From Pyrinomonadales bacterium (lineage in GTDB: Bacteria > Acidobacteriota > Blastocatellia > Pyrinomonadales > Pyrinomonadaceae), in assembly GCA_038237345.1 (NCBI GenBank), contig JBBRYU010000001.1, positions 375-64,374 on the forward strand: DNA of 64,000 nucleotides. Direction: 5' to 3'. Numbering within the stretch: the stretch's first letter is position 1; the number at the start of each line of letters is the position of its first letter. Of this stretch, positions 33,675 through 44,032 are shown piece by piece. The translations under genes and the position numbers were made by a program. Below the pieces are notes generated by a model. That model saw only the letters and a list, made by a program, of their open reading frames with translations. It ran no database searches and was not told the DNA's origin.

Positions 33675-35507
33675 TTAATCAATGCCCCGCCGGCCGAAAC
33701 TGATAATGTTCCGCCCACGCCCCTTAATTGTTGGCTGCTCCGACAAAACTGACTGGACGACTGCCAGCCGCGCTTGCAGACGCGCTTCCGGCCGCTGAAA
33801 TCTGTCCGCGTCCGCGCGGGCGCGGGCGAAGTCCACGCGCGCGAGCGTCGTCAGCGTCCCGCCGCATTGCTCAATCAGCGAGCGCCACATATAACCGCCC
33901 TGCCCGCGCAACTCGTCCTGCTCAAACTGCTCTTGCCCGAAGCCGTCAACGACGGCCGCCGCCGCTATCAGTTCGTTCAGTTGATCGATCCGCGTTTCCA
34001 CGATCTCGAAGGCGCGGGCCGGCGCGAGCGCCACGTAAGCCTGCGCGATTTGCAGTTGCAGGGAGAACTGTTCCGCGTTCTGCGCCCGCCCGCTCAATAG
34101 GTTGGCCGCTTCGTCCACCAATTGCCGCGCCGCTTGCGGCTCTTTGCCGGCCAACATGCGCGCCAGATTGAGCAAGACGTTCACCCGCTCGTTGAGCGCC
34201 TTGACATGCTCTAACAAATGCAGCGCCCCCTCCACGTCGCCGCGCTGGGCCGCCTGCCAGAGCGCACGCTGTTCGAGGCCGCGCAACATCTGTTCGCGCT
34301 GCGGCTTGTTCTCTACGTGCGTGCGTATGATCTCGCGCGCCCGCTCCAAGCCGCCCTCGTTGAACGCGCGCTCGGCCGCCACTTGATACAGTTGGCCGCG
34401 CATCTCCGGCGGCGCATTCGCGGCGGCTTCGAGTAGCGCATCCACCGACCCTTTCTGCAAAAGCGGTTCATACTGTCGCCACACCGCAGCTTGCGGATTC
34501 ACCACCTGCTCATACTCCGTGATTTGCCGCCGCAGCGTCGCTGCCTGCGTGGGCGCATAACGCTCCACATCCGGCAACACCTGCTGCAACGTCGAGATCA
34601 GGCCATAGAGATTGCCTGTCTGTCGTTGCGCGGGCGATGCGTTGTGCAGCGCCTTCATCATGGCGTTAACCAACTCGCGGCGCATTTGCTCGTCTACGTG
34701 CAATTGGCGCGGGTTAGGCAGGTTGACGCTCTGCTGCCCGGCGTTCGCCGGCTCGGCCGTGCGTGTCGCTTGCAACAGATAGGCCGCCACGTTGGTCGCT
34801 TCGCCTTCGCGCAGGAAGTCTGCGGCGCGCAGTTTCTGTGCGATCTCGCCCGCGAGTGTGTCGGCCGCTGCGGGACTCTTCTGTCGCAACTGCTCCAGCA
34901 CCCCCGCCAAACCGTATGACATCCCCCGCTGCAAAGTCTCTTCGGCCAGTCGGAGCGCTTGTTGCGGATCGGCGGCGCTGGTCTGTTCCGCGAGATTCAA
35001 CTCAAGCGCTAAGTCCGGATCGGGCTGTTGATTATATGCGCCGGGCTGAACGGGCGGCGGCGGTTGGCGCGTGGCGCGCAGGAAATCGAGCGCGAGTTTC
35101 GGATCGCGCCGGGCGACGAACTGGAGCAACTGTTGGCGCAACTGCGCGGGCGTGGAGATCAGATTGTAGTACTGCGGATCGTCGCTGGCGACGGCCTGCA
35201 TCATGGCGGTCAGATTGTTCATCGCCATGCTGAAGAGTTCGCGCGCACGCGCCTTGTCGCGCGGCCACAGCAACTCGGCGCTAGTCGCCTGCAAGCGGAC
35301 GCGATTCTCCGGCAGCTTGAGACTCTGCGCCTCTGTAATGATCTCGTCGAGCAGCGCGAGTGCCTGCGGCTCAAGTTCTTTGTCCACTGCGGGGCGCGGC
35401 TCAGCGCGGCGCGTGGGGGTCAGTTTCTCCGCACTCTGACCCATAACAGTCGCCGCGAGGAGCGCGAGAGAGAGCAGGCTGGCGGTCAGCAGCTTGGCCG
35501 GGTTCAT
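33675..35507 (-). CDS. hypothetical secreted alpha-helical repeat protein (610 aa)
   Basis: ORF 33675-35564. The start is taken at MNPAKLLTASLLSLALLAATVMGQS (signal peptide-like). No domain recognised. Confidence 0.7.
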   Translation of the reverse strand: MNPAKLLTASLLSLALLAATVMGQSAEKLTPTRRAEPRPAVDKELEPQALALLDEIITEAQSLKLPENRVRLQATSAELLWPRDKARARELFSMAMNNLTAMMQAVASDDPQYYNLISTPAQLRQQLLQFVARRDPKLALDFLRATRQPPPPVQPGAYNQQPDPDLALELNLAEQTSAADPQQALRLAEETLQRGMSYGLAGVLEQLRQKSPAAADTLAGEIAQKLRAADFLREGEATNVAAYLLQATRTAEPANAGQQSVNLPNPRQLHVDEQMRRELVNAMMKALHNASPAQRQTGNLYGLISTLQQVLPDVERYAPTQAATLRRQITEYEQVVNPQAAVWRQYEPLLQKGSVDALLEAAANAPPEMRGQLYQVAAERAFNEGGLERAREIIRTHVENKPQREQMLRGLEQRALWQAAQRGDVEGALHLLEHVKALNERVNVLLNLARMLAGKEPQAARQLVDEAANLLSGRAQNAEQFSLQLQIAQAYVALAPARAFEIVETRIDQLNELIAAAAVVDGFGQEQFEQDELRGQGGYMWRSLIEQCGGTLTTLARVDFARARADADRFQRPEARLQARLAVVQSVLSEQPTIKGRGRNIISFGRRGID

Positions 35508-35758
35508 CACCACCTCACGTTGATAAAAACTGTTCGGACGGTTTGCAGGGGCACGAAACATCAACGCCGTCGGACGCGAAAACTTGCGCCACCGTAGATG
35601 CGTTGTGCGTTGTGTGCTTCTCTGCGATGCGCGGAACTGCGTCGGAGGATGCTTGTCCGGCAGCGCCGGTGCGCCAACTTCTATGCGCCGGGTAACTTGC
35701 TGCTTGCCTGTAGGGGCGAATGCTCTGTCCCTACAAAGCTCAATACTTTGCTACGCGC

Positions 35759-35974
35759 TTACAGCCCCGCGTCTTCCTTCTTCTTCGTCCACATAGACGC
35801 GATCTGGTGCGCCTCCGCCAGCGTCAAATTATCATAGACATCGGCATCGTTCTGTATCTCGCCGTCCTCCAACTCGCACACCTGCCAGTCCGGCGCGTTC
35901 GGATCATTGCCTGTCCGCCCCGGCGATATCCTGATCTCCCACGTCACGTTCGCACTGCTCTCTTGTTCAGCCAT
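35759..35974 (-). CDS. small acidic hypothetical protein (71 aa)
   Basis: ORF with AAAGGAA upstream. Weak support only. Confidence 0.4.
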   Translation of the reverse strand: MAEQESSANVTWEIRISPGRTGNDPNAPDWQVCELEDGEIQNDADVYDNLTLAEAHQIASMWTKKKEDAGL

Positions 35975-36215
35975 TAAAATAGATTCCTTTCATCTGTCCG
36001 GGATTGAAAATAATAAGGCGCACGCTTATCTCACGACGTGGCGCAGCATAACTAACACTCCGGCCCGCGCGCAACGTGTGCCCGCGCGTTTCCGCACCAA
36101 CGCGGGCGTACATTTTCGCGCTGCGGGCTGGTGAAATGTACGGTCGGCATCGGCGGAGACATACATTTGACAGCCATCGAAGGGGTACGGTAACGTGGAC
36201 AACAATTCCGCATGC

Positions 36216-36291
<76 letters not shown>

Positions 36292-36621
36292 ATTCTTTTC
36301 AACTACTTGTGGCTGCGCCGAGAAGCTGAGGTTGGGGCACGGTACCGTCTTGGTAACGTAACTCCCCAAATACTTCGTCGGTAGTGGGGAGTAAGGTGGG
36401 ATAGTAGATAATCTGAACCCAATGGCCACTATCTCCCTTAAATGTCTCCACTACCATTTCTGTTAGAGCTTATGTAGCTGGACGTTACGGAGGACTTGAG
36501 TGGGAACGAGCAGAGCAGCGCGCGACGTTTCATTCGACCCCTTGAGGATTAGGCACTCGCCCCCGTTTTGAACAGCCTATCTAGATTTAAGGGATTGATG
36601 CGGCGGTGATGCGCAGCCCCG

Positions 36622-37047
36622 CTAAGAAGGCTGAAAGGATGACAGGATGATCCACTCCGCGCCGAATGCTTCCAAAGTCTGAAAGCGACCCTCCGCCTTC
36701 ATCTGGTTAATACGTTGGCGGGTAACACCCAAGCGCCTGGCCGCCTCACTCTGGCGGACGTAATCCTCGAACATCTGCCACTCTGCAGACTGTTCCCCGG
36801 CATTGCGCACAAGGACTTCAAAGAGAGTCTTGGCGTTGCCGGCCGGGCGGTCAAACTGCTGTAACTTGCGCCACTTCTCCCGCGTTTGGCTGCGCTCATC
36901 CTGCCCTTCCCATACCCATGCCTGACAATCGCGGCAACGATATTTCTGTCGGTCGCGCGCCCGCCCAAAGCGCCATAGGAAACCGCCGCACTTGGGACAA
37001 GGCGGCCGAGACCGGCGCTTCAGCGCAATCTCAGTCCATGCTCCCAT
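36622..37047 (-). CDS. zinc-ribbon + helix-turn-helix protein (IS1 InsA-like N-terminus), orphan next to the tRNA
   Basis: CPKCGG...YRCRDCQ zinc ribbon and a C-terminal SEAARRLGVTRQRINQMKAEGR HTH. It sits in a locally lower-GC patch. Confidence 0.5.
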   Translation of the reverse strand: MGAWTEIALKRRSRPPCPKCGGFLWRFGRARDRQKYRCRDCQAWVWEGQDERSQTREKWRKLQQFDRPAGNAKTLFEVLVRNAGEQSAEWQMFEDYVRQSEAARRLGVTRQRINQMKAEGRFQTLEAFGAEWIILSSFQPS

Positions 37048-37162
37048 AATATAGCTCCCTGCGACTCAATCTTTGGTAGTGTCTTGATTTGCCGGCTGAT
37101 TGAGCGGTACTCGCTGTTCAACTTCCCGCCGAGACTCAACGCAACGCTGGCACAGTTGTCTG

Positions 37163-38659
37163 TTACTGCTTTTGTCCCAACCAGCGCAGTGCTTCGGGCC
37201 GCGCAATCGAAGACGGCACTGAGCCGAGCGTGTAGCCGGCGATCTCTTTCATCAACCTTTCGGCACTGGCGCGGTCGCCTAAGCCATCGTGTGCGCGGGC
37301 CAGCAATAGTTTGATAAATATGTCGTCCGCGTTGGCTTGTTTGAGATGTTCGAGCGCGCCCTTGTAGTCGCGTTTTTCGAGCAAGATGTAACCGACCAGA
37401 TAATGATAGCTTTTCGTGTAAGCAGGATTCGGGTTGCCGGCCTTTGCCAACTCGGCGCGCATCCAGTCGGCTTGCTGCATAGCTGCATCGAACTCGCCGA
37501 TCTTCGCCAGTATGCGCCCACGCGCATGGCGATAGCGCCCCTCCCAGAGCAGTTTGTCGGTCTCGGAATAATCCGGCGAGCGGCGCGACGCCTCGTAGCC
37601 TTTGCGATAAGCGTTCGCTGCTTCGATCAAACGGCCCGCTTCCAGATAAGAACGACCGAGCGCGTCCCAACCTGAATTGATCATGACCCATTCGTGCTCC
37701 GCTTCGGCGATGGCGATGGCCTGCTCGTAGTATTTCGCCGCCTCTTCGATCTCGCCCTGGTGCACATAGGTGAAGGCCGCGGCGAAGAGTAGGCCGGGCC
37801 GATCCGCTCCCTTCGTGCGCTCTAGGCCCGCGCGGTAATCCGCCCGCGCGCCCGCCACGTCGCCGGCAAAAAACTTTGCGTCGCCGCGCCGCCGATAGAC
37901 GTTGATGTAATCGGGATCGATCTTCAGCGCACGCGTGTAGTATGCGACGGCCTTGTCGAACTGCTGCATCTGCTGATAGGTGTGCGCGATGGTCTGATAC
38001 GGCTCGGCTTCGTCGGGCAGTAGCCGCGCGTAAGCCTCGCGTACTGCGAGCGATTGAGCAAACTCGCCGCGCGTCGCATGCATCTCGCCGAGCGCGTTAA
38101 GGGCCGGCGCAAACTTCGGGTCGCTCTCCGTCACGCGCTTGAATTCCGCCAATGCTTCCGCGCGCCGGTTGGTCGCATTGTAGAGTTGCGCTAGACGTGT
38201 GCGCAGCCGCGCGTCCGCTGGTAGCAGCTTGACTGCCTGCTCCATCAGTTCGATGGCTTTTATGAGTTTGCTATCAGCCTGCGCTTGCCAACTTAAAATC
38301 AACAACCGCTCCGGCTCAGATACCTGAGCGACCAGCTCCGCCGCCTTCCTGATGTGGGGCACGGAATCACCCGCCAGCCCGCGAAACAAGTATCCAAGCG
38401 CGAATTGCGGATCGGCTTCGATAGCTTGCTGAAAGAGGAGGGTCGCCTCCTTCAAGCGCGTGCGGTCGTATTTCGCGAGTCCCTGCTCGAAGTAGACGCG
38501 TGCCTTCTCAGATGAGGTGGTGCAGGCCAGCTTCGACTTGTCGTCTGCGGCTGATGCTTGTGCTACACACAACGCGAGCATGAGGCAACCAAGTAATTTT
38601 GAAATGTGCGTAACGGCTTGGGCATTAAAGAAAGGCCAAGTAAGTTGGGCTTGCCGCAT
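37163..38659 (-). CDS. TPR-repeat protein, secreted
   Basis: Start at ATG 38659 with GGAGG 8 nt upstream. Signal-like LLGCLMLALCVAQASA. Multiple 34-aa TPR units (e.g. AVAYYTRALKIDPDYINVYRRRGDAKF). Confidence 0.8.
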   Translation of the reverse strand: MRQAQLTWPFFNAQAVTHISKLLGCLMLALCVAQASAADDKSKLACTTSSEKARVYFEQGLAKYDRTRLKEATLLFQQAIEADPQFALGYLFRGLAGDSVPHIRKAAELVAQVSEPERLLILSWQAQADSKLIKAIELMEQAVKLLPADARLRTRLAQLYNATNRRAEALAEFKRVTESDPKFAPALNALGEMHATRGEFAQSLAVREAYARLLPDEAEPYQTIAHTYQQMQQFDKAVAYYTRALKIDPDYINVYRRRGDAKFFAGDVAGARADYRAGLERTKGADRPGLLFAAAFTYVHQGEIEEAAKYYEQAIAIAEAEHEWVMINSGWDALGRSYLEAGRLIEAANAYRKGYEASRRSPDYSETDKLLWEGRYRHARGRILAKIGEFDAAMQQADWMRAELAKAGNPNPAYTKSYHYLVGYILLEKRDYKGALEHLKQANADDIFIKLLLARAHDGLGDRASAERLMKEIAGYTLGSVPSSIARPEALRWLGQKQ

Positions 38660-38792
38660 GCCAGAGACCTCCGTAGATTTGTGTGGGCGAAAACTATCAC
38701 GCATCGAGATACATGTCGAGACTGCTTGCGGTATGATGACGTTCCAGTCGTGTAGTTCTAAGAGAAGTTAATAGTCCTAATCTTGCTCCGAG

Positions 38793-40370
38793 GTGTTAGT
38801 GAGATACCGCCCCGCTCACCGTTATAAATTTTCCGCCTCATGCGTCGGGTTAACGCTATGCCTCGTCTTGCTCGCGGGCTGCACGGGCAGGCGGTCAAGC
38901 ACCGAGCATGAACTGGTCATCGGCGCGCGTGCCGACGACTACGTGGTCGAACCGCTCAAGTCGAAGCTCGGCATGTATCCGCTCAACGCTCAAATCTGCG
39001 AACCGTTGGTGCGCATCACCGCCGATTACCAAATCGAGCCGCTGCTGGCGGTTCGTTGGGAGCATCGGGGCAACACATGGCGTTTCTTTCTCCGCCCGGG
39101 CGTTGTCTTCTCTAACGGTCAGCCGCTCACGAGTGAGGCCGTCAGGTACACCTTCGCGCGGTTAGTGCAAGGCGACCGCGCCGGAATTTATCAGCACATC
39201 TATCTCGACGAGAATTCGGTCAGTGTAGTGGACGACCTCACGGTAGACATCACGCCCGCGCGCCCGAATGAACGACTGCTCGAACAGCTCGGGCACGCGA
39301 ACTACGGCATTATCGCTCCCGGCACGGAGCCTGCCGCCGAACCGGTTGGGACAGGCCCGTTCAAGCTCGTCGAGTACCAGCGCGGCCAATGGCTCAAGCT
39401 TGAACGCAACGTGCGGTATTGGGGCCAGCGCCCGCCGCTGGGTCGTCTGACCTTTCGCTTCCTGCCCGACGACACGACACGCGTGTTAGCGCTGCAAGCG
39501 GGTGAGGTCGGCATGATCCTCGACGTGCCGCGCGAACAGGCGGCCACGTTACGCGCGCAGAGGGGAACGCGCGTGGTGGAAGCACCCGTGGGTCGCGTCG
39601 CGTCAATCTTCCTCAATATTCACGGTCAGGCGTCCCATGATCTTCTGGCAAACAGGAACCTGCGGCGTGCGCTCGCGCTGGCGCTCGACCGTCGCGCGCT
39701 GATTGAAAAGGTGTGGGAGGGCAACGGCGAGTTGGTCGCAACTATCGGCCCGCGCGCGATGCTCGGCGAACACGGCTCAATGGTAGCGGGCTTTCCCTAC
39801 GATCCGCAGGGGGCGGCACAGTTGCTGACGCAAGCAGGATGGACGCCGGGCGCGGACGGCGTGCGGGTGCGCGAGGGGCGGCGGTTGACGTTGACGATCA
39901 TCGCGTGGCCGGAGTTCGACACGGCGACAATCGAGTTCTTGCAGGGACAACTCGCAACCAGCGGAATCGAATTGCGGATCATGAGATCTCCCGACGCGGC
40001 TTCCTATCAGGCGCGGGTCGAGTCCGGCGAGTTCGATCTCGATCTCGAAGGCGCTAATCAGAATGACGCCAACCCGCTCTTTCTGCCCGCGCTGCGCTTC
40101 TATTCTAAAGCAACCAGCAAGACTGTCCGCTACTTCGCGCCCGGCGGTCGTTTCGATGCGGCCATCGAAGCCGGTCTGGCCGCGAATGAGCGCGGACAGG
40201 TCATGCTCCGCTCTGCCGAAGCGCAGCGCATCCTCGTTGACGAGGAAATTGTCGTCATCCCGCTCGCCGGGCTGAAACGCATCTACGCGATGCGCGCCGA
40301 AGTGCGCGGCTTCACCCCTCATCCTTCGCTGTTGCACCAGCGTTGGGATACGATCTCTGTCGAGCGATGA
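38793..40370 (+). CDS. ABC transporter substrate-binding lipoprotein, family 5 (NikA/DppA/OppA type)
   Basis: Lipobox LLAGC. Family-5 SBP features such as GTGPFKLVEYQRGQWLKLERNVRYWG. Confidence 0.85.
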   Translation: MLVRYRPAHRYKFSASCVGLTLCLVLLAGCTGRRSSTEHELVIGARADDYVVEPLKSKLGMYPLNAQICEPLVRITADYQIEPLLAVRWEHRGNTWRFFLRPGVVFSNGQPLTSEAVRYTFARLVQGDRAGIYQHIYLDENSVSVVDDLTVDITPARPNERLLEQLGHANYGIIAPGTEPAAEPVGTGPFKLVEYQRGQWLKLERNVRYWGQRPPLGRLTFRFLPDDTTRVLALQAGEVGMILDVPREQAATLRAQRGTRVVEAPVGRVASIFLNIHGQASHDLLANRNLRRALALALDRRALIEKVWEGNGELVATIGPRAMLGEHGSMVAGFPYDPQGAAQLLTQAGWTPGADGVRVREGRRLTLTIIAWPEFDTATIEFLQGQLATSGIELRIMRSPDAASYQARVESGEFDLDLEGANQNDANPLFLPALRFYSKATSKTVRYFAPGGRFDAAIEAGLAANERGQVMLRSAEAQRILVDEEIVVIPLAGLKRIYAMRAEVRGFTPHPSLLHQRWDTISVER

Positions 40371-41320
40371 AACGCTACGTACTCATCCGCATTCTTTCTC
40401 TTATCCCCCTCTGGCTCGGCATCTCCGTGCTCGCCTTCGCGTTGAGCAATCTCGCGCCGGGCGACCCGGCGACGGTGATCGCGTACCGTCTCTCGGACGC
40501 GCCGCCGAGCGTGGAGCAGATCGCGGCCATCCGCCGCGAATACCACCTGGACGAGCCGCTACCCGTGCGCTACGCGCGATGGCTCGCCGCGGCGGCGCGG
40601 GGCGACCTCGGAATTTCGTACCGGACAAAAACGTCTGTGCTCAAGGAGCTAGCCGCACACTTTCCCGCGACGCTCCAGATCGCGTGTGCAGCGCTCATCA
40701 TCGCCCTTGTTATCGCCCTACCATTCGGCGTGCTGGCGGCGATGCGGCGCGGCTCCTGGTTCGATCACGGGGCGCGGGTGGGCGCGCTGCTCGGCGCGTC
40801 GTTGCCTGGTTACTGGCTGGGTTATCTGCTGATCCTCATTTTCTCCCTTGTCCTCGGCTGGCTGCCGGTGGCCGGACGCGACGGGGCGGGGTCGGCGGCG
40901 TTACCGGCGCTCACGCTCGGTCTCGGTACGGCGGCGACGCTCGCGCGCCTAACGCGCTCAAGTCTGCTCGAAGTGCTGGGCGAAGACTTCATCCGCACGG
41001 CGCGGGCGAAAGGACTCGGTGAGTGGGCGGTCGTCTGGCGGCACGCATTGAAAAGCGCGCTCATCCCTGTGCTGACTGCGACTGGCATCGCTTTCGGTCA
41101 TCTCCTGGGCGGCGCGGTGATAGTGGAGGAAATCTTCGCGTGGCCCGGCGTCGGACATCTGTTAATGAGCTCGATTTACGACCGTGACTACCCGATGATT
41201 CAGGGCTTTGTGCTTTTTATGGGCACGGTTTTCACGCTGCTCAGTCTCCTCATTGATCTCTCGTACCTGTGGATTGACCCGCGTATTCGTTTGGCAAATG
41301 GCAGGCGGGTGGACTGGTGA
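40367..41320 (+). CDS. ABC transporter permease (NikB/DppB type)
   Basis: ATGA overlap with the SBP stop. MKRYVLIRILSLIPLWLGISVLAFALSNLAPGDP. EAA-like loop FIRTARAKGL. Confidence 0.85.
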   Translation: MKRYVLIRILSLIPLWLGISVLAFALSNLAPGDPATVIAYRLSDAPPSVEQIAAIRREYHLDEPLPVRYARWLAAAARGDLGISYRTKTSVLKELAAHFPATLQIACAALIIALVIALPFGVLAAMRRGSWFDHGARVGALLGASLPGYWLGYLLILIFSLVLGWLPVAGRDGAGSAALPALTLGLGTAATLARLTRSSLLEVLGEDFIRTARAKGLGEWAVVWRHALKSALIPVLTATGIAFGHLLGGAVIVEEIFAWPGVGHLLMSSIYDRDYPMIQGFVLFMGTVFTLLSLLIDLSYLWIDPRIRLANGRRVDW

Positions 41321-42246
41321 GCGGCGAGCGTGAAGTTTTTGCAGACGCGCGGGCGCACCGCGACTCGTTCGACGTGGCGGGGCGCAGGGCGTTATCAACC
41401 GCGTGGCTGGGCGGCGGGCAGCAGGGTGTTCTCCGACGATTGGTGCGCGACCGGGCGGCGGTTGTGGGGCTGGTCATCATCGTGCTGCTCGTGGCGCTCG
41501 CGCTCGCCGCGCCGCTCCTCGCGCCGCACGACCCGGCAGCGCAACACCTCCATGCGCGACTCGCAGCACCGAATCTCACGTTCCCACTCGGCACGGATAA
41601 TCTCGGGCGCTGTCTGTTGAGCCGTTTGCTATACGGCGCGCGTGTGTCGTTGGCGGCGGCGACGGCGGCGGCGTTGCTGGCGTTGCTGATTGGCGTCAGC
41701 GTCGGCGCTATTGCCGGCTATGCGGGCGGGTGGGCAGATGTGGTGATCATGCGGTTTGTGGACTTGCTGCTCGCCTTTCCGCTGCTCGTTTTGGCGCTGG
41801 CGATTACGGGCTTTATCGGTGTCGGTATGGGCAGCGTGCTCGTCGGAGTGGTGAGCGTATGGTGGGCGTCTTATGCGCGCATCGTGCGCGGGCTGATGCT
41901 CTCTTTGCGCGAACGTCCGTTCGTCGAAGCCGCGCGGGCGATGGGCGCAGCCCCTGCCCGCATCATCATTCGTCACCTGCTCCCGAATGTGCTGCCACCC
42001 GTCATCGTGCTTGCCACATTGGAAATGGGCGGTTTGCTCTTAGTCATCTCCGGGCTTAACTTTCTCGGTCTCGGTGTGCAGCCGCCGACGCCGGAATGGG
42101 GCGCGATGCTCAACGACGGGCGACCATTCTTGCGCAGCGCGCCGCAACTGATGATCTACCCGGGCCTGGCGATCAGCCTCGCCGTCATGGCGTGCAACCT
42201 GCTCGGTGACGGACTGCGGGACGCGCTCGATCCATACTTGCAGTAG
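41317..42246 (+). CDS. ABC transporter permease (NikC/DppC type)
   Basis: GTGA overlap with the upstream gene. HPLGTDNLGRC-type motif (FPLGTDNLGRCLLSRLLYGARVSL). FVEAARAMGA loop. Confidence 0.85.
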   Translation: MSGEREVFADARAHRDSFDVAGRRALSTAWLGGGQQGVLRRLVRDRAAVVGLVIIVLLVALALAAPLLAPHDPAAQHLHARLAAPNLTFPLGTDNLGRCLLSRLLYGARVSLAAATAAALLALLIGVSVGAIAGYAGGWADVVIMRFVDLLLAFPLLVLALAITGFIGVGMGSVLVGVVSVWWASYARIVRGLMLSLRERPFVEAARAMGAAPARIIIRHLLPNVLPPVIVLATLEMGGLLLVISGLNFLGLGVQPPTPEWGAMLNDGRPFLRSAPQLMIYPGLAISLAVMACNLLGDGLRDALDPYLQ

Positions 42247-42260
42247 CTTGAAACCGGTGG

Positions 42261-42632
42261 CTATTTGCGCGTTGCGAACCGCGAGAGCGCGAAGAGGCTT
42301 TTGCGCACACCCGCGCCCTCCTTTGTCAGCCGGTATTCAACGCGCGGCGGTATTTCCGCAAACTCCTGACGGCGGATCAGCCCTGCGCCTTCAAGTTCGG
42401 CGAGCCTGATGGTCAGGGTTGACGAACTCATGTCGTCCATTTCGCTCCGCAGGTCGCCGAAGCGCATACACGCGCGCTCCCCGATCAGGAAGAGCAAGCG
42501 CAACGCGTACTTGCGCCCGATGATCTGCACAAGCCCGGTCGTGGCGCAGATGCACTCGTGCCCGGCGGCGGCGATGCGGTCGATACACCCGCACGCATTC
42601 TCTGCGGGCACGCTTAGGATCGGCAATCCCAT
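42261..42632 (-). CDS. HxlR-family winged-helix transcriptional regulator
   Basis: GRKYALRLLFLIGERACMRFGDLRSEM..MSSSTLTIRLAELEGAGLIRRQEFAEIPPRVEYRLT. Confidence 0.8.
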   Translation of the reverse strand: MGLPILSVPAENACGCIDRIAAAGHECICATTGLVQIIGRKYALRLLFLIGERACMRFGDLRSEMDDMSSSTLTIRLAELEGAGLIRRQEFAEIPPRVEYRLTKEGAGVRKSLFALSRFATRK

Positions 42633-42665
42633 CTATGACTCCCATCGGTCACACGCCGCAGCTTA

Positions 42666-43076
42666 TCAATTCAACGAGTTCTGGTGCGGCTCATGCGCGG
42701 GCAAGAAATGTTTACACGCGCCCTCGATTGAGTCGGGGTCGTGGCAATCACAGTCCGGCTCGTCGCACTCGAAGTGGCCCGGCTTGAGCATCTCCTCGAA
42801 CTCGTCCGCGAAGCGGCGACCACCTTCTCGCTTCCCTTGCTCCGTTAATGCGTACTTGTCGTCGCCAACCCGTTTGAGCAGCCCGGTAGACACCATCTCC
42901 TCCAGATTGTCCGCCAGGACATCATCTCCGGCACTGAGAAACTTGCGCAGGTCGGCAAGGGTGAACTCCTGCCCGAAGCCCTCGCCCGCCATCCAGTACA
43001 TCACCTGCAAGACTTCATCGCGCCAGTAGACGCTGTTGACCGGATCACCGGCCTTATGTTTATCCTGCTCCGGCAT
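42666..43076 (-). CDS. hypothetical protein with a winged-helix-like core and a Cys/His-rich tail; last gene of the hydrogenase operon
   Basis: 136-aa ORF. C-terminus reads GHFECDEPDCDCHDPDSIEGACKHFLPAHEPH. Confidence 0.6.
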   Translation of the reverse strand: MPEQDKHKAGDPVNSVYWRDEVLQVMYWMAGEGFGQEFTLADLRKFLSAGDDVLADNLEEMVSTGLLKRVGDDKYALTEQGKREGGRRFADEFEEMLKPGHFECDEPDCDCHDPDSIEGACKHFLPAHEPHQNSLN

Positions 43077-43090
43077 AATACCTCACCTCA

Positions 43091-44032
43091 TTAAAGAGCC
43101 ACCTTCACCTTGTCGTCTTCAACTTTCGATGGCATAGAATGAAGTCGCAACTCGGGTTTTTCCACACAAGCGCCCGCGCGTCTCAAGTTGTAACTGTACC
43201 CGTGACAGGTGCAGGTAAGCACGGGGCTATCGAACAGCGCGTCGTCGAGCGTGCGCCCCGACTCGGCGGGGCAGGCGTTACGGTAAGTGTAGAACTCGCC
43301 GTCTAGTTTACAGACCAGCAAGTTGATCTCGGCGTAATTGACGACCTTGAATTGCCCATCCTCGAACCCCAGTGCGCGCACGACCGAGACCCAAGTGCCG
43401 CTCACGTTCGTCGTGTCGGGGCGCGGTCTTTTGATCTGCACCAACTTGGCGGGCGACGCTGCTGCCGCCTCACTTCGCGGCGGAGCGATCATCGCGCCCA
43501 GCAACGCGGCAGCTTTGGCCGTCGCTTCGACTTGCTCGGCCACGCCCTCGATGTCAATCCCCAGAAGTTCGGGCGCGGCCACATCAAGCACCTTTTCAAT
43601 TTCCAGTTTCAGCGCCGCCACCGGCGGAGCGCCTTTGCCGTTGCGCATCAAACGCAGGAGCGCGCGCCCGTCGTCCACACCGAGCAACTTCACGTCGCAG
43701 CCTTGCGCGATTAAAAAGGGGCGCAGCTCTTCAATCGCCCTCGCCACCCTCGTTTCCAACTCTTCCGGCAGGAGATCGTGTATGGTCAGGATCGCACGGA
43801 TGACCTCATCCCCCAGCATCCGCGAGTATATCTCGCTCTTCATCGGCAGCGACTCGAAAGTCGCCAGTATGCGGCGCAGCACCTCCCCGTGCAGTTTGAG
43901 GATGATCTGCACAATGTCCAGAGCTTGCTCGCGCGCTTCCGTGTCCGGGTATTGTTCAAGCTCCGCGACGAGCGCGCTCAACTGCCCGAGCAGTTCTTCC
44001 GCATCGTAGTCCTGAGCCTCGCCCGCGCTCAT
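43091..44032 (-). CDS. NifU-C-like domain fused to a Rieske-like domain
   Basis: IEELRPFLIAQGCDVKLLGVDDGRALLRL resembles the NifU C-terminal fold. The C-terminus has CTCHGYSY (Rieske box 2), but box 1 reads CPAESG, so the His is missing. Confidence 0.65.
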   Translation of the reverse strand: MSAGEAQDYDAEELLGQLSALVAELEQYPDTEAREQALDIVQIILKLHGEVLRRILATFESLPMKSEIYSRMLGDEVIRAILTIHDLLPEELETRVARAIEELRPFLIAQGCDVKLLGVDDGRALLRLMRNGKGAPPVAALKLEIEKVLDVAAPELLGIDIEGVAEQVEATAKAAALLGAMIAPPRSEAAAASPAKLVQIKRPRPDTTNVSGTWVSVVRALGFEDGQFKVVNYAEINLLVCKLDGEFYTYRNACPAESGRTLDDALFDSPVLTCTCHGYSYNLRRAGACVEKPELRLHSMPSKVEDDKVKVAL

